Notes under the pieces: generated by a model
What the model was told of the DNA's origin: nothing
The model's database searches: none
The model's input: only the letters and a program-made list of their open reading frames with translations
Program-made: the position numbers and the translations under genes
Shown here: positions 63,397-64,000 of the stretch, one piece after another
How positions within the stretch are numbered: position 1 is the stretch's first letter
How the letters are laid out: each line of letters starts with the position of its first letter
DNA from: Azolla caroliniana
Taxonomy: Eukaryota; Plantae; Polypodiophyta
Length of the DNA stretch: 64,000 nt
Reading direction: 5' to 3'
Assembly: GCA_043228905.1 (NCBI GenBank)
Contig: JBHGNT010000004.1
Location: 20,894,001 to 20,958,000, forward strand

Positions 63397-64000
63397 TGTG
63401 TTATTCCTTAGGGCCGGACAATGGCCTAACACAGGGTGTCTACGGAAGACACTTCACCAAAGGGGTGCTACGATGAGATAACTTAAGACACAACGATTAC
63501 TCAGACTTTAATTGGTTACTTAGCAATATGGCATTAGACTCGATACACGCGTATGATAGAACAATTAGCACAGAACGGTAATCAACACTTAAAGATAAAA
63601 CAAGAAGCTCTATTAATTATCCGTCCAAGTTTTACATTGTAATTGGGCCTTTATATAGGTCACCGGTGCTGAGTACAAAACGGTGCCAACCAGCACATGT
63701 TCGGAACTGGTCCGGATCAGGATTGGCATACCGATTCCGGTCCATCCGTTCACGTCCCATAAACTACTTAATTATAATAGATTCTGAATAAACAATCCCT
63801 TTCACATTCTGGTCTTTAACTCCTTTGCCAGCCGGGTAACACATGGCACGCCCATGGGACAGTACCTTGTACGTCGAATCCCACTATTTGGCCCTTAGAC
63901 TTTGTCCACGATATCCAGAATACTCTGCTCTAGGGTGTCCAATGGTTCTTCGGGAATCTGTTGTTGTTGTTGTTGTTGTTGCTGTGGCTGTGGCTGTTGT
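63397..64000 (-). mobile_element. Probable LTR sequence interrupting the L1 remnant, running toward the window end
   Basis: Abrupt change in composition at TGT(G)TTATT, CpG-retaining sequence, and reverse-strand TATA (cctttatatagg). Confidence 0.5.

Overview
Eukaryotic, intron-rich land-plant nuclear DNA. It is most likely a fern, inferred from the style of the PLS-PPR motifs, RTEX-type LINEs and dense (GA)n/(TCTA)n microsatellites. I reconstructed six spliced protein-coding genes by hand, all with GT-AG introns and continuous frames. They are a 12-exon SULTR/SLC26 sulfate-transporter homologue (+, 2010-13386), a 9-exon plastid sigma factor of the SIG1 type (-, 14250-17768), a PLS-class PPR protein without E/DYW (+, 22374-24939), complex I subunit NDUFB9/B22 (+, 28987-34140), plastid-type MutS2 with an Smr domain (+, 36529-41179) and a patellin, Sec14/CRAL-TRIO + GOLD (-, 51219-53481). 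There is also one tRNA-Lys(CUU) with a decayed duplicate, a PPR pseudogene fragment, and many Copia, LINE, solo-LTR and MITE remnants and minisatellites. The main leads are: (1) an otherwise intact sulfate transporter with Tyr->Asn at a conserved substrate-site position and a Cys-flanked loop insertion; (2) a family of RTEX-LINE 3' ends with a covarying stem-loop that repeatedly sits in (GA/TC)n microsatellites; (3) a patellin with deletions in the Sec14 gate/PtdIns-signature region. No prokaryote-type system (CRISPR, operon) is present. All alignments were done by eye and from memory of the families.
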